Shown here in pieces: positions 14,773 to 30,057 of a DNA stretch of 64,000 nucleotides (position 1 is the first letter of the stretch; each line of letters starts with the position of its first letter). The notes under the pieces were generated by a model, which was not told where the DNA came from, did not search any database, and saw nothing but the letters and a program-made list of their open reading frames with translations. The position numbers were made by a program, and so were the translations under genes. The DNA comes from Eledone cirrhosa (Eukaryota), in contig OZ024740.1 in assembly GCA_964016885.1 (NCBI GenBank), positions 397,854,001 through 397,918,000 on the forward strand, given 5' to 3'.

Positions 14773-15028
14773 AAGGCGCGTGGCTTTGTGGTTAGGGAAT
14801 TCGGTTCACGATCGCAAGATTCCCGGCAGTGCGTTGTGTCCTTGAGCAAGACATTTTATTTCAGGTTGCTCCAGTTCACTCAGCTGGCAAACATGAATAC
14901 TACCTGTAATTTGAAGAGTCAACCATGTCATATTCTGTGTCACGCCGAATCTCCCTGAGAACTACGTTAAGGGTAAACGTATTTGTGGAATGCCAAGCCA
15001 CTTGCACGTTAATTTCACGAGCAGGCGG
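14773..15028 (+). mobile_element. tRNA-derived SINE family B (CORE-like middle)
   Basis: gcgtggct..gtggttag head, then gtgtccttgagcaagaca.tttattt..gttgctccagttcactcagctg; related pieces at 3540-3670(-), 12040-12240(-), 13458-13580(+) and 26400-26550(+). Confidence 0.65.
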
Positions 15029-15029
15029 G

Positions 15030-16975
15030 AGGTTGCCGTAGAGAATTGGAATTGTACGGTCGAGAATTTTGATGTTTTTTAAAATCCTTTTTAGCATTCG
15101 GTCGTAGGAATCATCTAAAGCTTTGGTGATAGGTATTGTCACCAACAATGATTCAGAGGAATACAGAAAGATTGATTCCAATTTTATTTTTTGTGCTATC
15201 CTGCTGTTTATATCATTTGACGAGTTGGTGTATGCATCAAGATATTTAAATCGTCGACCTTTTAGAGAACAATATTGTTTAATGATTTGATGTTTGTTAC
15301 CTTATCTGAGTTGATAGTCATGTATTTGGTTTTGTTGACATTTAAGGAGAGTCCCATAGCTTGACTACAAACTTCTAGCTTGTGTAAGAGATCCTCTGCA
15401 TTACTTAGTGAATCTGCACATAAGAGAATGTCATCAGCGAATTCGCCATCTGCTAGATGTTGTACGGATGTCTCGTGCTTCTTCGCTTTTGAAGGGTAAA
15501 GCCATCAAAATCATCAATAGCAACATGTAGTGCATAGTCAAATACGATGAGAAATAAATACGGTGCGAGGGGATTGCCTAAAAGGTACACATGTGACTAC
15601 CTGAAAGAAGTCAATTACTCCTTCAGCTGTCAGTTCCGTAGTGAGATTATTTTCCTACATGATCCTGATTCCATTAACAAGTTTGAGGGGAATACCGTTG
15701 CAATAGAACTTCAAACATACGTTCACGGTTAATGCTACCAAAAGCTTTCGGAAGGCTATAAAGGTTAATACGGTTTCTTTTTAATGATTTCTTACTTCTT
15801 CCACTAGACATAATCTATAATAATTGTTTCTACTTTTGGCACAAGGCCAGCAATTACCCAGTACATTACTGGTACTTTATTTTATCGACCCCGTAAGGAT
15901 GAAAGGCAAAGTTAACCTCGGCGGGATAATCTATAATAATGTAGATCTAGATGACCTAAATCAATTTTGGTTTGGACATAGGATTTTTTCGATTTCTGGT
16001 CGAAGCCCGTTCAAGATAAATGTTGGCAACCACCTGTGTCAAACTTATTCCACAATCATTGTCTGGGAATAGGCACTATCGCGTAAATACCCCATTCTTC
16101 TGGTCGGTTTGATTTAAAGGTCTCAGCATAAAAGTGCAGTAAGATTGTTTAGAGTTTTTTAAGTTTCCAAAATTCTAGCAGAAGTTCATCCGGGTCTGGT
16201 GCCTTATTGTTTTTAATCTGATTGATGATGCATTTATTAGTGTTGATATTCGATCATAAATTCGTCTTTTATGGTGCTGTTGTTATTCCGCAGTACTTCA
16301 AAATAATTTTTCCATTCATTGAGACATTTCTCACCCTCGATAAATGTGACTCTCGATAATTTCTTTATCGATTTCCATGCGTTTTTAAAATTATTTTTCT
16401 ATTGTCAGTAGACTTGGAATTGTCGAAGGATTTGAGGAGAATATTGATTGTTTTATCTTCTTCCTCGCAATACACTTTTTATAGGCGTTGTTGGTTTGTT
16501 TGTATGTCCGTAACCTTATATTGCATGGCTTTGGAGCAAACTGCAGTTACTAAGTGTGGTTCTAAAGACAAGACTTTTGATCTTGGGGGAGATTTTGCCT
16601 TCCTATCTCAGTGCTGATTTCAATAAAATTCTTGTATGATTTCACAGATGAGATTGTCCATTTTTCTATGATTTCGTTTTCAATTTTCATCTTGGGTTAG
16701 ACAAAGCATTCCACTTCAGAGTTTTTGATGTAATTTTCCGTGGTGCACGAAGGCTGAGTTTGCATTTACTAACAACTATTCAGTGTTCTGAGCCAATCAG
16801 GCCTGAGGAAGAATGGGCTTGACAATCATGGATGCGGTTGTGCCATTTCTTTCTGCAGACAATATAATCAATTTGATCAAGACTAAGGTTAGTCAATCTC
16901 CAAGTCCATAGACAATTTTGGACGTTTTTAATTAAGAAAACTTTGAAGGTAGATCCCTTTTCAGTTACTGGCTTG
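15030..16975 (-). mobile_element. Decayed RTE-like LINE (RT and endonuclease-end fragments), interrupted by a SINE
   Basis: Minus strand HLADGEFADDILL...GLSLNVNKTKYM near 15320-15460, and QIDYIVCRKKWHNRIHDCQAH...IGSEH near 16780-16880. Confidence 0.7.
15822..15928 (-). mobile_element. SINE family A, partial, inserted in the RTE remnant
   Basis: taattgtttctacttttggcacaaggccagc...gttaacctcggcgggat. Confidence 0.8.
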
Positions 16976-18564
16976 ATGTAATGAGTAGCGATTGACAATA
17001 TTGTTAAACAATCATTTTCGCCTAAATACAAAACCACTAAATGCCTTATACGAAAAGAAAAAACTTTAAAAACATACATATACAAAAGAGCAACCGTCTG
17101 AAAAGTTGTGCAAAGAATAAAGGAAACTACACTGCATATCAGCGAAGAGAAGAAAAAAACACAAATGTTATAAAACAAAATTAGCTAAATGTTTTTTTTT
17201 TCTTTTAGTATGCGAGAGGGGAGCGTAAAATTAAAGATTTTTAGGTGTTTGAAATTTAAAAAACATTCAAAGAAAACAACTGCAATAAAATCAACCAGTT
17301 TCATTTTTGTACACACACGCACACACACACACACACATATATATATATACACATACATATATAAGTGTGTGTGTTTGTGTGTGTATGCATAAAAGGTGCA
17401 CCAAAGTCACTGTCTTTAATAAGATAATCTTAACTCATAAAAATATAATGCCAACATAAGTGTTTATCTCTATAAAATCTTCACATTACTATTTAAGAAT
17501 CAATTATTTTATAAAAATGGTGAAAGTGCAATAGTAAGTTTATCTTAAGTCTTCTTGTAGTGATTAACCAACACATCCCCATTTGGAGAAAATTAGGATA
17601 TATTTGAAGAAAAATATCATTAAGCAAGCTTTTTCTCATTGAGAATCTATTGGGGAAATTCTAAATGATTTTCTGAATCTTCGTGTGTAGTTGATTCCAG
17701 TAAAGGCATTTTGTATGAGTGTAATTAACATGAATAGAATAATCTACAGAGACTTCACTTGGGGGATGTCACAATCTCTATTTAGAGAACCAAACCTCAC
17801 AACGCCAATTATATTCGAATTTTGGACTCCGTGCAATGTTTTCATAGTATTTTCTCTCTTCTTCAACTGATGCTCGGCCAGTCCTTCAAGCATACCGTAC
17901 TGCAAAGATTTTGTTTATTCAAAATTCTTTGAGATCTCTAATAGCCTCTGGTGTAAATGTATCTTTGTGTAGTTTTGTAAGCACGTATTGTTGCCATTGA
18001 ATTTTTATAAATTTTTTTTAAATCATGAAATCACCATGCTTGCCTCGTTACTCTGGAGTTTTACCTGTGCACTCAAGGGATTATCAAACAAGACTAAATT
18101 TTTGATAACAGACACAATACAAATAGGGGAAGACTCAAGAAGGGGGGGGGGGGGTTGAATGGGTGTGTAGGGGGAAAGAGAGGATTTATGAAAGGAGAAA
18201 AGTAAAGTAAAAGGAAGTAAAGAAAGAACCAAGAGAAATAAGGCAGGTGTGAACATGGTATGTGCGATGATAATGATATTGTAGATAATAGGAATTATTT
18301 ACAAAAGTGGTGAAGTTACTGGTGATGATGATGAGGAGGAATAGGATAAATGAGATAAATAGAAAATAAGTTGGGTGAGTAGATGGGTATATATCAATGG
18401 GTGGGTGAATAAAATATTTACTGATAAATGGAATTACTTGAGAAAACAGTGGGTGTGGTATATATGATGATTATAGAATTGAAATAGGTAATAGCTTTTG
18501 TGTTGTGGTAATGGATGGAGAGAATCAAATGAAATGTTTCAGTAGATTTCTGTATGTTGATGTT

Positions 18565-21500
18565 GATGGTGATGGTGAGTAGTCATATATAAGGTGGTGA
18601 TGGTGGTGATGGTGAGTAGTCATATATAAGATGGTGATGGTGGTGATGGTGAGTAGTCATGTATAAGATGGTGATGGTGGTGATGGTGAGTAGTCATATA
18701 TAAGATGGTGATGGTGGTGATGGTGAGTAGTCATATATAAGATGGTGATGGTGGTGATGGTGAGTAGTCATATATAAGATGGTGATGGTGGTGATGGTGA
18801 GTAGTCATATATAAGATGGTGATGGTGGTGATGGTGAGTAGTCATATATAAGATGGTGATGGTGGTGATGGTGAGTAGTCATATATAAGGTGGTGATGGT
18901 GATGATGGTGAGTAGTCATATATAAGATGGTGATGGTGGTGATGGTGAGTAGTCATATATAAGATGGTGATGGTGGTGATGGTGAGTAGTCATATATAAG
19001 GTGGTGATGGTGGTGATGGTGGTGATGGTGAGTAGTCATATATAAGGTGGTGATGGTGATGATGGTGAGTAGTCATATATAAGGTGGTGATGGTGGTGAT
19101 GGTGAGTAGTCATATATAAGATGGTGATGGTGATGATGGTGAGTAGTCATATATAAGGTGGTGATGGTGGTGATGGTGAGTAGTCATATATAAGATGGTG
19201 ATGGTGGTGATGGTGAGTAGTCATATATAAGATGGTGATGGTGATGGTGGTGAGTAGTCATATATAAGATGGTGATGGTGGTGATGGTGAGTAGTCATAT
19301 ATAAGGTGGTGATGGTGGTGATGGTGGTGATGGTGGTGATGGTGAGTAGTCATATATAAGGTGGTGATGGTGATGATGGTGAGTAGTCATATATAAGGTG
19401 GTGATGGTGGTGATGGTGGTGATGGTGGTGATGGTGAGTAGTCATATATAAGGTGGTGATGGTGATGATGGTGAGTAGTCATATATAAGGTGGTGATGGT
19501 GGTGATGGTGAGTAGTCATATATAAGGTGGTGATGGTGATGGTGAGTAGTCATATATAAGATGGTGATGGTGGTGATGGTGAGTAGTCATATATAAGATG
19601 GTGATGGTGGTGATGGTGAGTAGTCATATATAAGATGGTGATGGTGATGGTGAGTAGTCATATATAAGATGGTGGTGATGGTGAGTAGTCATATATAAGA
19701 TGGTGATGGTGGTGATGGTTAGTAGTCATATATAAGATGGTGATGGTGATGGTGAGTAGTCATATATAAGATGGTAATGGTGGTGATGGTGAGTAGTCAT
19801 ATATAAGATGGTGATGGTGATGGTGAGTAGTCATATATAAGATGGTGATGGTGATGATGGTGAGTAGTCATATATAAGATGGTGATGGTGATGATGGTGA
19901 GTAGTCATATATAAGATGGTGATGGTGGTGATGGTGAGTAGTCATATATAAGATGGTGGTGATGGTGAGTAGTCATATATAAGATGGTGATGGTGGTGAT
20001 GGTTAGTAGTCATATATAAGATGGTGATGGTGATGGTGAGTAGTCATATATAAGATGGTAATGGTGGTGATGGTGAGTAGTCATATATAAGATGGTGATG
20101 GTGGTGATGGTGAGTAGTCATATATAAGATGGTGATGGTGATGGTGAGTAGTCATATATAAGATGGTAATGGTGGTGATGGTGAGTAGTCATATATAAGA
20201 TGGTGGTGGTGGTGATGGTGAGTAGTCATATATAAGATGGTGATGGTGATGATGGTGAGTAGTCATATATAAGATGGTGATGGTGATGGTGGTGAGTAGT
20301 CATATATAAGATGGTGGTGATGGTGAGTAGTCATATATAAGGTGGTGATGGTGATGGTGAGTAGTCATATATAAGGTGGTGATGGTGGTGATGGTGAGTA
20401 GTCATATATAAGATGGTGATGGTGATGGTGGTGAGTAGTCATATATAAGGTGGTGATGGTGGTGATGGTGAGTAGTCATATATAAGGTGGTGGTGGTGGT
20501 GATGGTGAGTAGTCATATATAAGATGGTGATGGTGATGGTGGTGAGTAGTCATATATAAGGTGGTGATGGTGGTGATGGTGAGTAGTCATATATAAGGTG
20601 GTGGTGGTGGTGATGGTGAGTAGTCATATATAAGATGGTGATGGTGATGGTGGTGAGTAGTCATATATAAGATGGTGATGGTGGTGATGGTGAGTAGTCA
20701 TATATAAGGTGGTGATGGTGGTGATGGTGAGTAGTCATATATAAGATGGTGATGGTGATGGTGAGTAGTCATATATAAGATGGTGATGGTGGTGATGGTG
20801 AGTAGTCATATATAAGATGGTGATGGTGGTGATGGTGAGTAGTCATATATAAGGTGGTGATGGTGGTGATGGTGGTGATGGTGAGTAGTCATATATAAGA
20901 TGGTGATGGTGGTGATGGTGAGTAGTCATATATAAGATGGTGATGGTGATGATGGTGAGTAGTCATATATAAGGTGGTGATGGTGGTGATGGTGAGTAGT
21001 CATATATAAGGTGGTGGTGGTGGTGATGGTGAGCAGTCATATATAAGATGGTGATGGTGGTGGTGAGTAGTCATATATAAGGTGGTGATGGTGATGGTGG
21101 TGAGTAGTCATATATAAGGTGGTGATGGTGGTGATGGTGAGTAGTCATATATAAGATGGTGATGGTGATGGTGGTGAGTAGTCATATATAAGATGGTGAT
21201 GGTGATGGTGGTGAGTAGTCATATATAAGGTGGTGATGGTGGTGATGGTGAGTAGTCATATATAAGATGGTGATGGTGATGGTGGTGAGTAGTCATATAT
21301 AAGATGGTGATGGTGATGGTGGTGAGTAGTCATATATAAGGTGGTGATGGTGGTGATGGTGAGTAGTCATATATAAGATGGTGATGGTGGTGATGGTGAG
21401 TAGTCATATATAAGATGGTGATGGTGGTGATGGTGAGTAGTCATATATAAGATGGTGATGGTGGTGATGGTGAGTAGTCATATATAAGATGGTGATGGTG

Positions 21501-21920
21501 GTGATGGTGGTGAGTAGTCATATATAAGATGGTGATGGTGATGGTGAGTAGTCATATATAAGATGGTGATGGTGATGGTGGTGAGTAGTCATATATAAGA
21601 TGGTGATGGTGGTGATGGTGGTGAGTAGTCATATATAAGATGGTGGTGATGGTGATGGTGGTGAGTAGTCATATATAAGGTGGTGATGGTGATGATGGTG
21701 AGTAGTCATATATAAGGTGGTGATGGTGGTGATGGTGAGTAGTCATATATAAGGTGGTGATGGTGGTGATGGTGAGTAGTCATATATATAAGATGGTGAT
21801 GGTGGTGAGTAGTCATATATAAGATGGTGATGGTGGTGATGGTGGTGAGTAGTCATATATAAGATGGTGATGGTGGTGATGGTGGTGAGTAGTCATATAT
21901 AAGATGGTGATGGTGGTGAG
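18565..21920. repeat. About 3.35-kb minisatellite, ~37-bp unit: GAGTAGTCATATATAAG plus (GGT/GAT)n
   Basis: Roughly 90 units with a nearly invariant 17-mer and a variable trinucleotide spacer. Confidence 0.95.
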
Positions 21921-22216
21921 AATCACTTTGTTGGGTAGGCGAGTGTATAAAGTATTTAGTGGATAATGGAATTACTTTTGTAAACAGTAAGAGATTATGA
22001 TAGTGAAATAGTAGATATGAGAAAGAGAAAAGATAAGTAAAAGAAAAAGAGAAAAAGAAATGGACATGATATATACGATGGTGATGATGGAGAACAAAGT
22101 GGTGAAACTAGCAAAAAGGTAAATTTGAGGTTATGATGAATAGAAAATAACTTAAGTGTGAGTGAAGTGGTGGAGGTAAGTAAATTATCGAGTGGACAAG
22201 AAGTAATAGGTGATAT

Positions 22217-22292
22217 ATAGAAATGTCTTCTACAGGACAAGAACTGTTTCATACGAATAAAACAATTCTAGTCCCGTAGAAGTCATTTCTCT
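22217..22292. repeat. Imperfect palindrome (about 36-bp arms) built from a hammerhead 3' half
   Basis: agaaatgtcttctacaggacaagaactgtttcat / ataaaacaattctagtcccgtagaagtcatttct; arms match 47855-47888. Confidence 0.7.
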
Positions 22293-22956
22293 ATTTATAT
22301 TAAAGATGCCTATAATCTACCAATGTGTTGAGTATCTATTTTACCTGTGGTTACCCCCCCCCCCCCGGACAAATCGGGAATCTACAATCCGAGGCTATGG
22401 TAGAAGCCTCATGCCTAGGGTGCCACACGAACGCAGGGGACCTAAACCCAGAAACTCATATTACATAAATATAAGTGAAATGTTATTATCAGTTGTAAAA
22501 CAATGATGGAAAAATATTGTTTTTTATCATATAAGATTTTAATGGTTTGATTCTACGGGATTTCCGTCAACAGATTTTAGTCAAAAGACAATTTGTAACT
22601 ATCTTATTTACCTCGTAAGGTAGAATAACGGCAAAATCGACTAGGGTATAAAGCGACATAACCCAGACAGAAGCAAAACGCAACAAGGTGCTTTTGTTCG
22701 TCGCTCCGATTCATATATATATATATGTGTGTGTGTAGTCCACATTATAAATTAGTCTTATTGGTGTCACAACAAAAATCACCCAGTCCACACAGTAGAA
22801 GTGGTTGGCGTTAGGAAGGACATCCAATCGTAGAAACCAAGCCAGAAGCAGTTCTGTATGAGCAAGACAAGGTCATCTGATCTGACTTGTCTCACAACTG
22901 GAGAACTTGTCAAACCCATGCTAACGCGGAAAGGTGGATGTTAAACGGTGGTGATG

Positions 22957-22991
<35 letters not shown>

Positions 22992-23067
22992 CGAAGGAAA
23001 TGTGGTAAGGAACCAGGTGGACCATAACGCACCAAAGTACTCAATACTTGAGGTAGTAGAGTGGGTA

Positions 23068-23350
<283 letters not shown>

Positions 23351-23584
23351 CGTTCGATTTGTCCAGGTCTGTTGTCTAACCTGATTAGTGTTTTCGTTGT
23401 TTTGGCATTGTATGGTTGGGTTTTGCTTGTTGCAATGTTCAATTTGTCAAGCTATCTAAACGTGTGTTATTACTCTGAGGACCTACCCTTATTGAGTGCT
23501 TTGCTACTCATTCCTAATTGTAGCTCGACTTTGCTTGCCCACAGCCAAAGCTTCGATTTTGTATATATATACATATATATACAT

Positions 23585-23623
<39 letters not shown>

Positions 23624-23689
23624 CAGAGAGAAAAATAGAGAGGGGAAGAAAGAGAAATATATAGATTGATAGTGTGGGAGAGAGTGAGA

Positions 23690-23776
<87 letters not shown>

Positions 23777-24007
23777 ATCAATAGCTTTCTATGGCTGTTT
23801 TCCGACATAGAAATGCAGTGTTGACGATAGAATCAGTGACATTCTATGATTCTTGTTTGCTCTCAACGAAAGGGCGCCAAAAACAAACCGTAGAGAGCTT
23901 ATAGGATTGCTCGAACTGCTCTTTGTTTCTCTATGTTTCTCCCCCCTTCTCTATCACTCTCCCACCCCATTCTCTCTCTCTCTGTCTATATATATATATA
24001 TATATAA

Positions 24008-24041
<34 letters not shown>

Positions 24042-24086
24042 GCATATATATATATATATATTATATATGCACACACACACATGTAT

Positions 24087-24124
<38 letters not shown>

Positions 24125-24251
24125 GTATACATATACAGATATACAAGTATATATATATGTATGTATGTATATATATATATATATATATATTAGAAAGTGA
24201 GGGTTTTTTTACAAAATGAAAAATAACCGAGGTGTCCTACACGAGTGAAAG

Positions 24252-24513
24252 TATAAGGAAAAAAGATGAAATCGAAAATGCAACTGGAGTCTTTTTTTTT
24301 AAAAATATATATTTATTTGGTTCCTTTACCGGTTTCGCAGTTCTGCTTTTCAAACATAGAATTGAGATGGAGGGTGTGTGGTTTTTAAAAACCACACACC
24401 CTCCATCTCAATTCTATGTTTGAAAAGCAGAACTGCGAAACCGGTAAAGGAACCAAATAAATATATATTTAAAAAAAAAAGACTCCAGTTGCATTTTCGA
24501 ATTCATCTTTTTT

Positions 24514-24520
<7 letters not shown>
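24252..24520. repeat. Near-perfect spacerless palindrome, about 135-bp arms
   Basis: Centre ggttttt|aaaaacc at 24386/24387; arms tataaggaaaaaagatg... and ...catcttttttccttata differ at very few positions; followed by (TA)n. Confidence 0.93.
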
Positions 24521-24567
<47 letters not shown>

Positions 24568-24580
24568 CATATTTATATTT

Positions 24581-25315
<735 letters not shown>

Positions 25316-25412
25316 AGAATTAAATGATGCTTAAAATCAGGATGGATTCGGTTTCAAACTGGTTTGACCATTAGAGAGTACTCGATACTTGGTGTAGTAG
25401 AGTATGGTTATG

Positions 25413-25459
<47 letters not shown>

Positions 25460-25888
25460 TGTCAGGTCGCTCTCGAGTGCTACTGGTAACATGTAACCCA
25501 GTACAACCTGTCTCATGGTCAGGTCGTCGGCGACTAAACCGGCAACCCCATTAAGCTTGCTTGGTGAGAAGGGTGATATTTGGACACCCCGCGGGATGAA
25601 ATACAAGACCCGCCAAAGGGCGAGGAACTCAGCAGAGTCAACGGCTATCCGAACAGTATTTTTATTTTTTATACGGAGAGATTAAACTCCGAGTCATAAA
25701 AAGCTGTCGTATTTTCCGTGGCAAACATTTGCACCGAAGATAGGTGTCGTCAGTTCCCAAAAGTGTGGTTGGTCTTACACAGCCCTTCACCACTTAAAAC
25801 AAAACTTTGTGTGGGTAGTTCAACATCAGTTCACTTTCTAACATCAAATCTTGTTGGACACTCATACGTCGGATATCGACGGGAGAAT

Positions 25889-25928
<40 letters not shown>

Positions 25929-25951
25929 AAGATACACACACACACACACAC

Positions 25952-26050
<99 letters not shown>

Positions 26051-26223
26051 GCCTGCACCCAATTAAAACAGTAAAATTGGTGCACGTTAGCGCCCTAACA
26101 ATTGTATTTCTCACCATTGGGTACTGTTGATAGTGATATGCATTGGCATATATATATTGGAAGGAATAAATACGTATAACAAAATAAATAGGGATGTACA
26201 AATGAAACGTCTTTCTTGTTTAT

Positions 26224-26255
<32 letters not shown>

Positions 26256-27487
26256 TGTATGTATGTATGTATGTATGTATGTATGTATGTATCGTTTCTA
26301 AACGCACGTTCGTTTACATTCCCGGCGGTGCATTGTGTCCTTCAACACGACGACTTATTTTTTGTTGTTCCAGTTCATTTAGCTGGAAAAAAATAGAAAA
26401 GAGTCAACTTTGTTGCACACTGTGTCACCCCGAACTTCTCTAGGAAGTACGTTAAGGATACACGCGTCTGTGGAATTCTCTGTCAGTTACACGTTAATTT
26501 CCTGAGCAGGCTGTTCCATTGGTCGAACAACTGGAGCACACATCGTCGGAACTGGAGTTTAAACGTCACTCAAACGCGTTAAATCTCTAGTTTCTATTGA
26601 TTTCTGTTGAATGTCTTTTAACTGGGCCGACACAAAATTGAAGACTGACATGTATAAGTAGTGTGATGTTGTTGCATTAATTCATTTTCTAGCGAGAATA
26701 GTGTTGTAAGTGACATAAAACGATTGCAAACGAGTATCAAATATGACTTTAACTCTATAGCATTTGCAAAAGAAGGAGCCTCTACTTATTTCCTTAATCT
26801 CATAGAAACAGCAGCCAAATTTGTCTAAAATGTCCTACCTATGGCCTTAAAAAAGAAAAAAACATAAAGACATATTAAATAATGTAGTCCCAGATATGAG
26901 GGTTAGTTGTGATATGAGTGGGTTCCTGTCGGACGAATAAGCAGCCCCGGACCAAACAGCAATAAGCTACTAGGGAGATTGAGTAATGGGTGACACTATT
27001 AGCTCTCAGGAAAACTCTCACAACCCAGCGATGTCGTTACGACGAGGCGAGTAGAGGCCGCCTCTAAAAAAAAAATTCGCGATTCTGAGAAAATGAACAA
27101 ATTGGTGACTGGCAGGAATAAGACCACTAGAAACGACTATATGATGATATGTAGTAAAAGCAATCACATCGTATCATCCTTCGGGCGGGGTATCAAGGGC
27201 TGCGTTCTGGCCTTAGGTAGAGGGGCCTGTTTGAAAAATATATTGCAGTTTCTATCAAATGCTGAAAAAACTGGCGATGGGCCCCCAACATGTTATGGCA
27301 GGCGTAGATTACATTATGTCTGAATAAGAAAATAGAATAGTAGACGTCTGGGACACCAACGATTACTGGGGTTCTTGGTCTGAGTGAGTTGGGACTAAAC
27401 AACACTGACGACAACAACATTATTACAGGGTACAGACATGACACAGTTGTAGATTTTGTTACACTAGAAATTATACCGGCCGGCATT

Positions 27488-27677
27488 GGTGGATTGGCAG
27501 AATCGGTAGAGGGTCGGACACCATGCTTTGCAGCATAGATTTTATGGCCCTTTACGTTCTGAGTTCAAATCCCGACGAGGTTAACTTTGCCTTTCATCCT
27601 TGCGGGGTCGATAAAATAAAGAACCAGTAATGCACTGGGGTAATTGCTGGCCTTGTGCAAAAAGTAGAAACAATTAT
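27488..27677 (+). mobile_element. SINE family A, full length
   Basis: Head, B box, body and tail as at 5877. Confidence 0.85.
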
Positions 27678-29159
27678 GATAAATCCACAGAAAAATAGTT
27701 AAGATAAAAACATATACTAGAAAAGGAGGTGTCATAGGACGAGAAGGTTTTACCATATCTTCAGGGGATAGAAAACCTGATTTTGGAGTATTCATGGATA
27801 CCAATGTCGTGATTTCTAGCGATTGCGAATTGGTAAAGATGTTAAAACGTCGGATAGAATGCCTTGCAGTATTAGTTCTTGCCTTTTGCGCTCTGAGTCC
27901 AAATCTTGCCGAAGTCAACATTGATTTTCGAGATCGACATAAAATATTTTAATCCAGTATTGAGGTCAATAGCTCCTCTATACCTTTCTCACTTCACCTC
28001 TCTCACATCATCTCTTTCCTTCTCTTTCTCTACATACATACATACATACGTACATACATACATACATACATACGTACATACATACATACATACATACATA
28101 CATACATACATACATACATACATACATACATACATACATACATACATAAGTACATACATACATAGGAACAGAAAGAACACAACTAGTTAGGAAATTAAAA
28201 GTACAATCCATTAATGGAACAGTAAAAATATGTAAAACATTCCAAAAATTTTGCATCTAATAACTGCATATACACATGTACAGATACAAAGCATATACAC
28301 ATGCACACATACAACTCAAAACATACACATCCACACATACAATAACATCCATATCTACACATGCATGTATACATACATAATCTACCAAGTTGATGTTGTG
28401 TAAATTCCAATGAGAGAGTCTTGTGTCTATGTTAGAAACCGACTCTCTCTCTATTGGTAAAACTTTGTGAAATTATAAAACCAGAAGAACATACATACAT
28501 ACATAAGTACATACATACATACATACATACATACATACATACATACATACATACATACATACATACATACATACATACATACATACATACAAGGAGCAAA
28601 ATTCTACAGAATTTAAAGAGTAATGATTGGGAGTTGTGACGTAAGGGAACTAAATCGATATCAACCTAAAATCGAAACCAACTCGAAGAGGATTTATCAG
28701 TCACTTTTACGACAGCCACTGCCTTTTCAGAAGCAGATTTTGAAACAAAACTTCAATAAAGTTAATAGTGTAGGTATTGTTTATTGGATTATATCCGAAC
28801 AGTATATTACTGGTATTTATTTTAACGGACTTCGGAAGGATGAAATACAAATTTGGCAAGGTAGGATATGAACTTGGAACTTATAGTGACAAAAACTGCA
28901 TCGTTTTTAGTATTTTGTGGTCTGAGTTTCTACGTTTTTTCTTATTAATTTGGCAAGCCGAGGCTGTATCCACGAAAACTGTATTCTTCCCATACTTGTG
29001 AAATTGGTGTAGTTTATAAGCAGTCAGAAACCCGAAGACAAATGATACAGATGTCGGGTTCAGATCGGACCCCACTAAAAGTACTCATGGACCAGGTGGT
29101 GATGTTAAACCGGGTGACGGGTTAAGCTTATCATCAAGCGAACTAATAAAAATGTCTAA

Positions 29160-29700
29160 CATAGACACAGGAATATTTGGAGGAAGGAGCAGCCGATGAT
29201 ATCAACCCTCATATACTTGTCTGTTACATTGTTTTATCTACCCAGAAGAACGAAAGGAAAAGTTGACCTCGGTGGGATTTGAACTCAGAACACAAAGAAC
29301 CGGAACAAATACCACGTGGCGTTTTGTTCGACGCTCTAACTATTTGACCAATTCACTGCCATCCCAAACGAATTAATAATAATTTCTATATCGACCTCAT
29401 GTATTTGAGTGATACTTTATTTTATCGATAGATGAAAGACAACGTTGACTTCGATGGGATTTGAACTCATCGCGTAAAGAGCCAGAGCAAATATTACAAA
29501 GCATTTTGTCTTGCGCTCTATTTCATATTTAGGTACAAAGCCAGTAATTTGGGGAAGGGGAAATCGATTAAATCACGCAGTATTTGACTGGTACTTTATT
29601 TATTGACTCCGAACGGAGTTGACCTCAGCGAGATTTGAACTCAGAACATAAAAAAAGAAAACATTTTGTCCGGCACTCTAAAAATTCTACCAATTAACAT
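29160..29700 (-). mobile_element. Three older, diverged SINE A-related copies in tandem just inside the snail intron
   Basis: Repeated gttgacct/ttcg..gggatttgaactca...ttttgt...cgctcta segments. Confidence 0.65.
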
Positions 29701-29900
29701 ATTAACAATAAACTGAACACTAACCAGAAATATAAGTTGAAGGAATACTAACAACATTAGAAATAACAATAATACCAGAGATTACACCTAATATTTCGAA
29801 TGGAAAATATATTAAGAAAATATATGAAAATAAATATGACAGAAAACCAAAAGAATTATGACAGTATATACGAAGAAGAAACGGCCGAAAATCCACTCAC

Positions 29901-30057
29901 CATTAGCTCGAATATCGTTGAGTCGATAATTTTTATCCTGCTCAATCTTGGGGACATCCCGCCAGCACTCTTTTTCCAGAGCATTTTGTAATTTGGCCGA
30001 CAAGAGAATCTCTTCCGATGTAATATTCCGTTTTTTGATTAGGAATGACCGAGGCAT
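29901..30057 (-). CDS. snail: Snail-family coding exon 1 (SNAG repressor domain)
   Basis: Starts MPRSFLIKK (SNAG). After 52 codons plus G comes a consensus donor AATG|GTGAGT at 29900. Phase 1 matches the acceptor before 3182 (G+TT=Val, then ACT TTG GAA), giving a continuous 405-aa protein. Confidence 0.92.

Noticed and set aside
17560-18000. Possible Tc1/mariner transposase remnant (DFTWG....RTKPHN-like)
   Set aside because: Too degenerate to support without a profile search.
18565-21920. CRISPR-like array (constant 17-mer with variable spacers)
   Set aside because: Spacers are only GGT/GAT triplet permutations, there are no cas genes, and the context is eukaryotic.
29812-29900. C-terminal part of the 81-aa SNAG ORF as a standalone microprotein
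   Set aside because: Read-through past a consensus GTGAGT donor into AT-rich intron; no evidence for intron retention.
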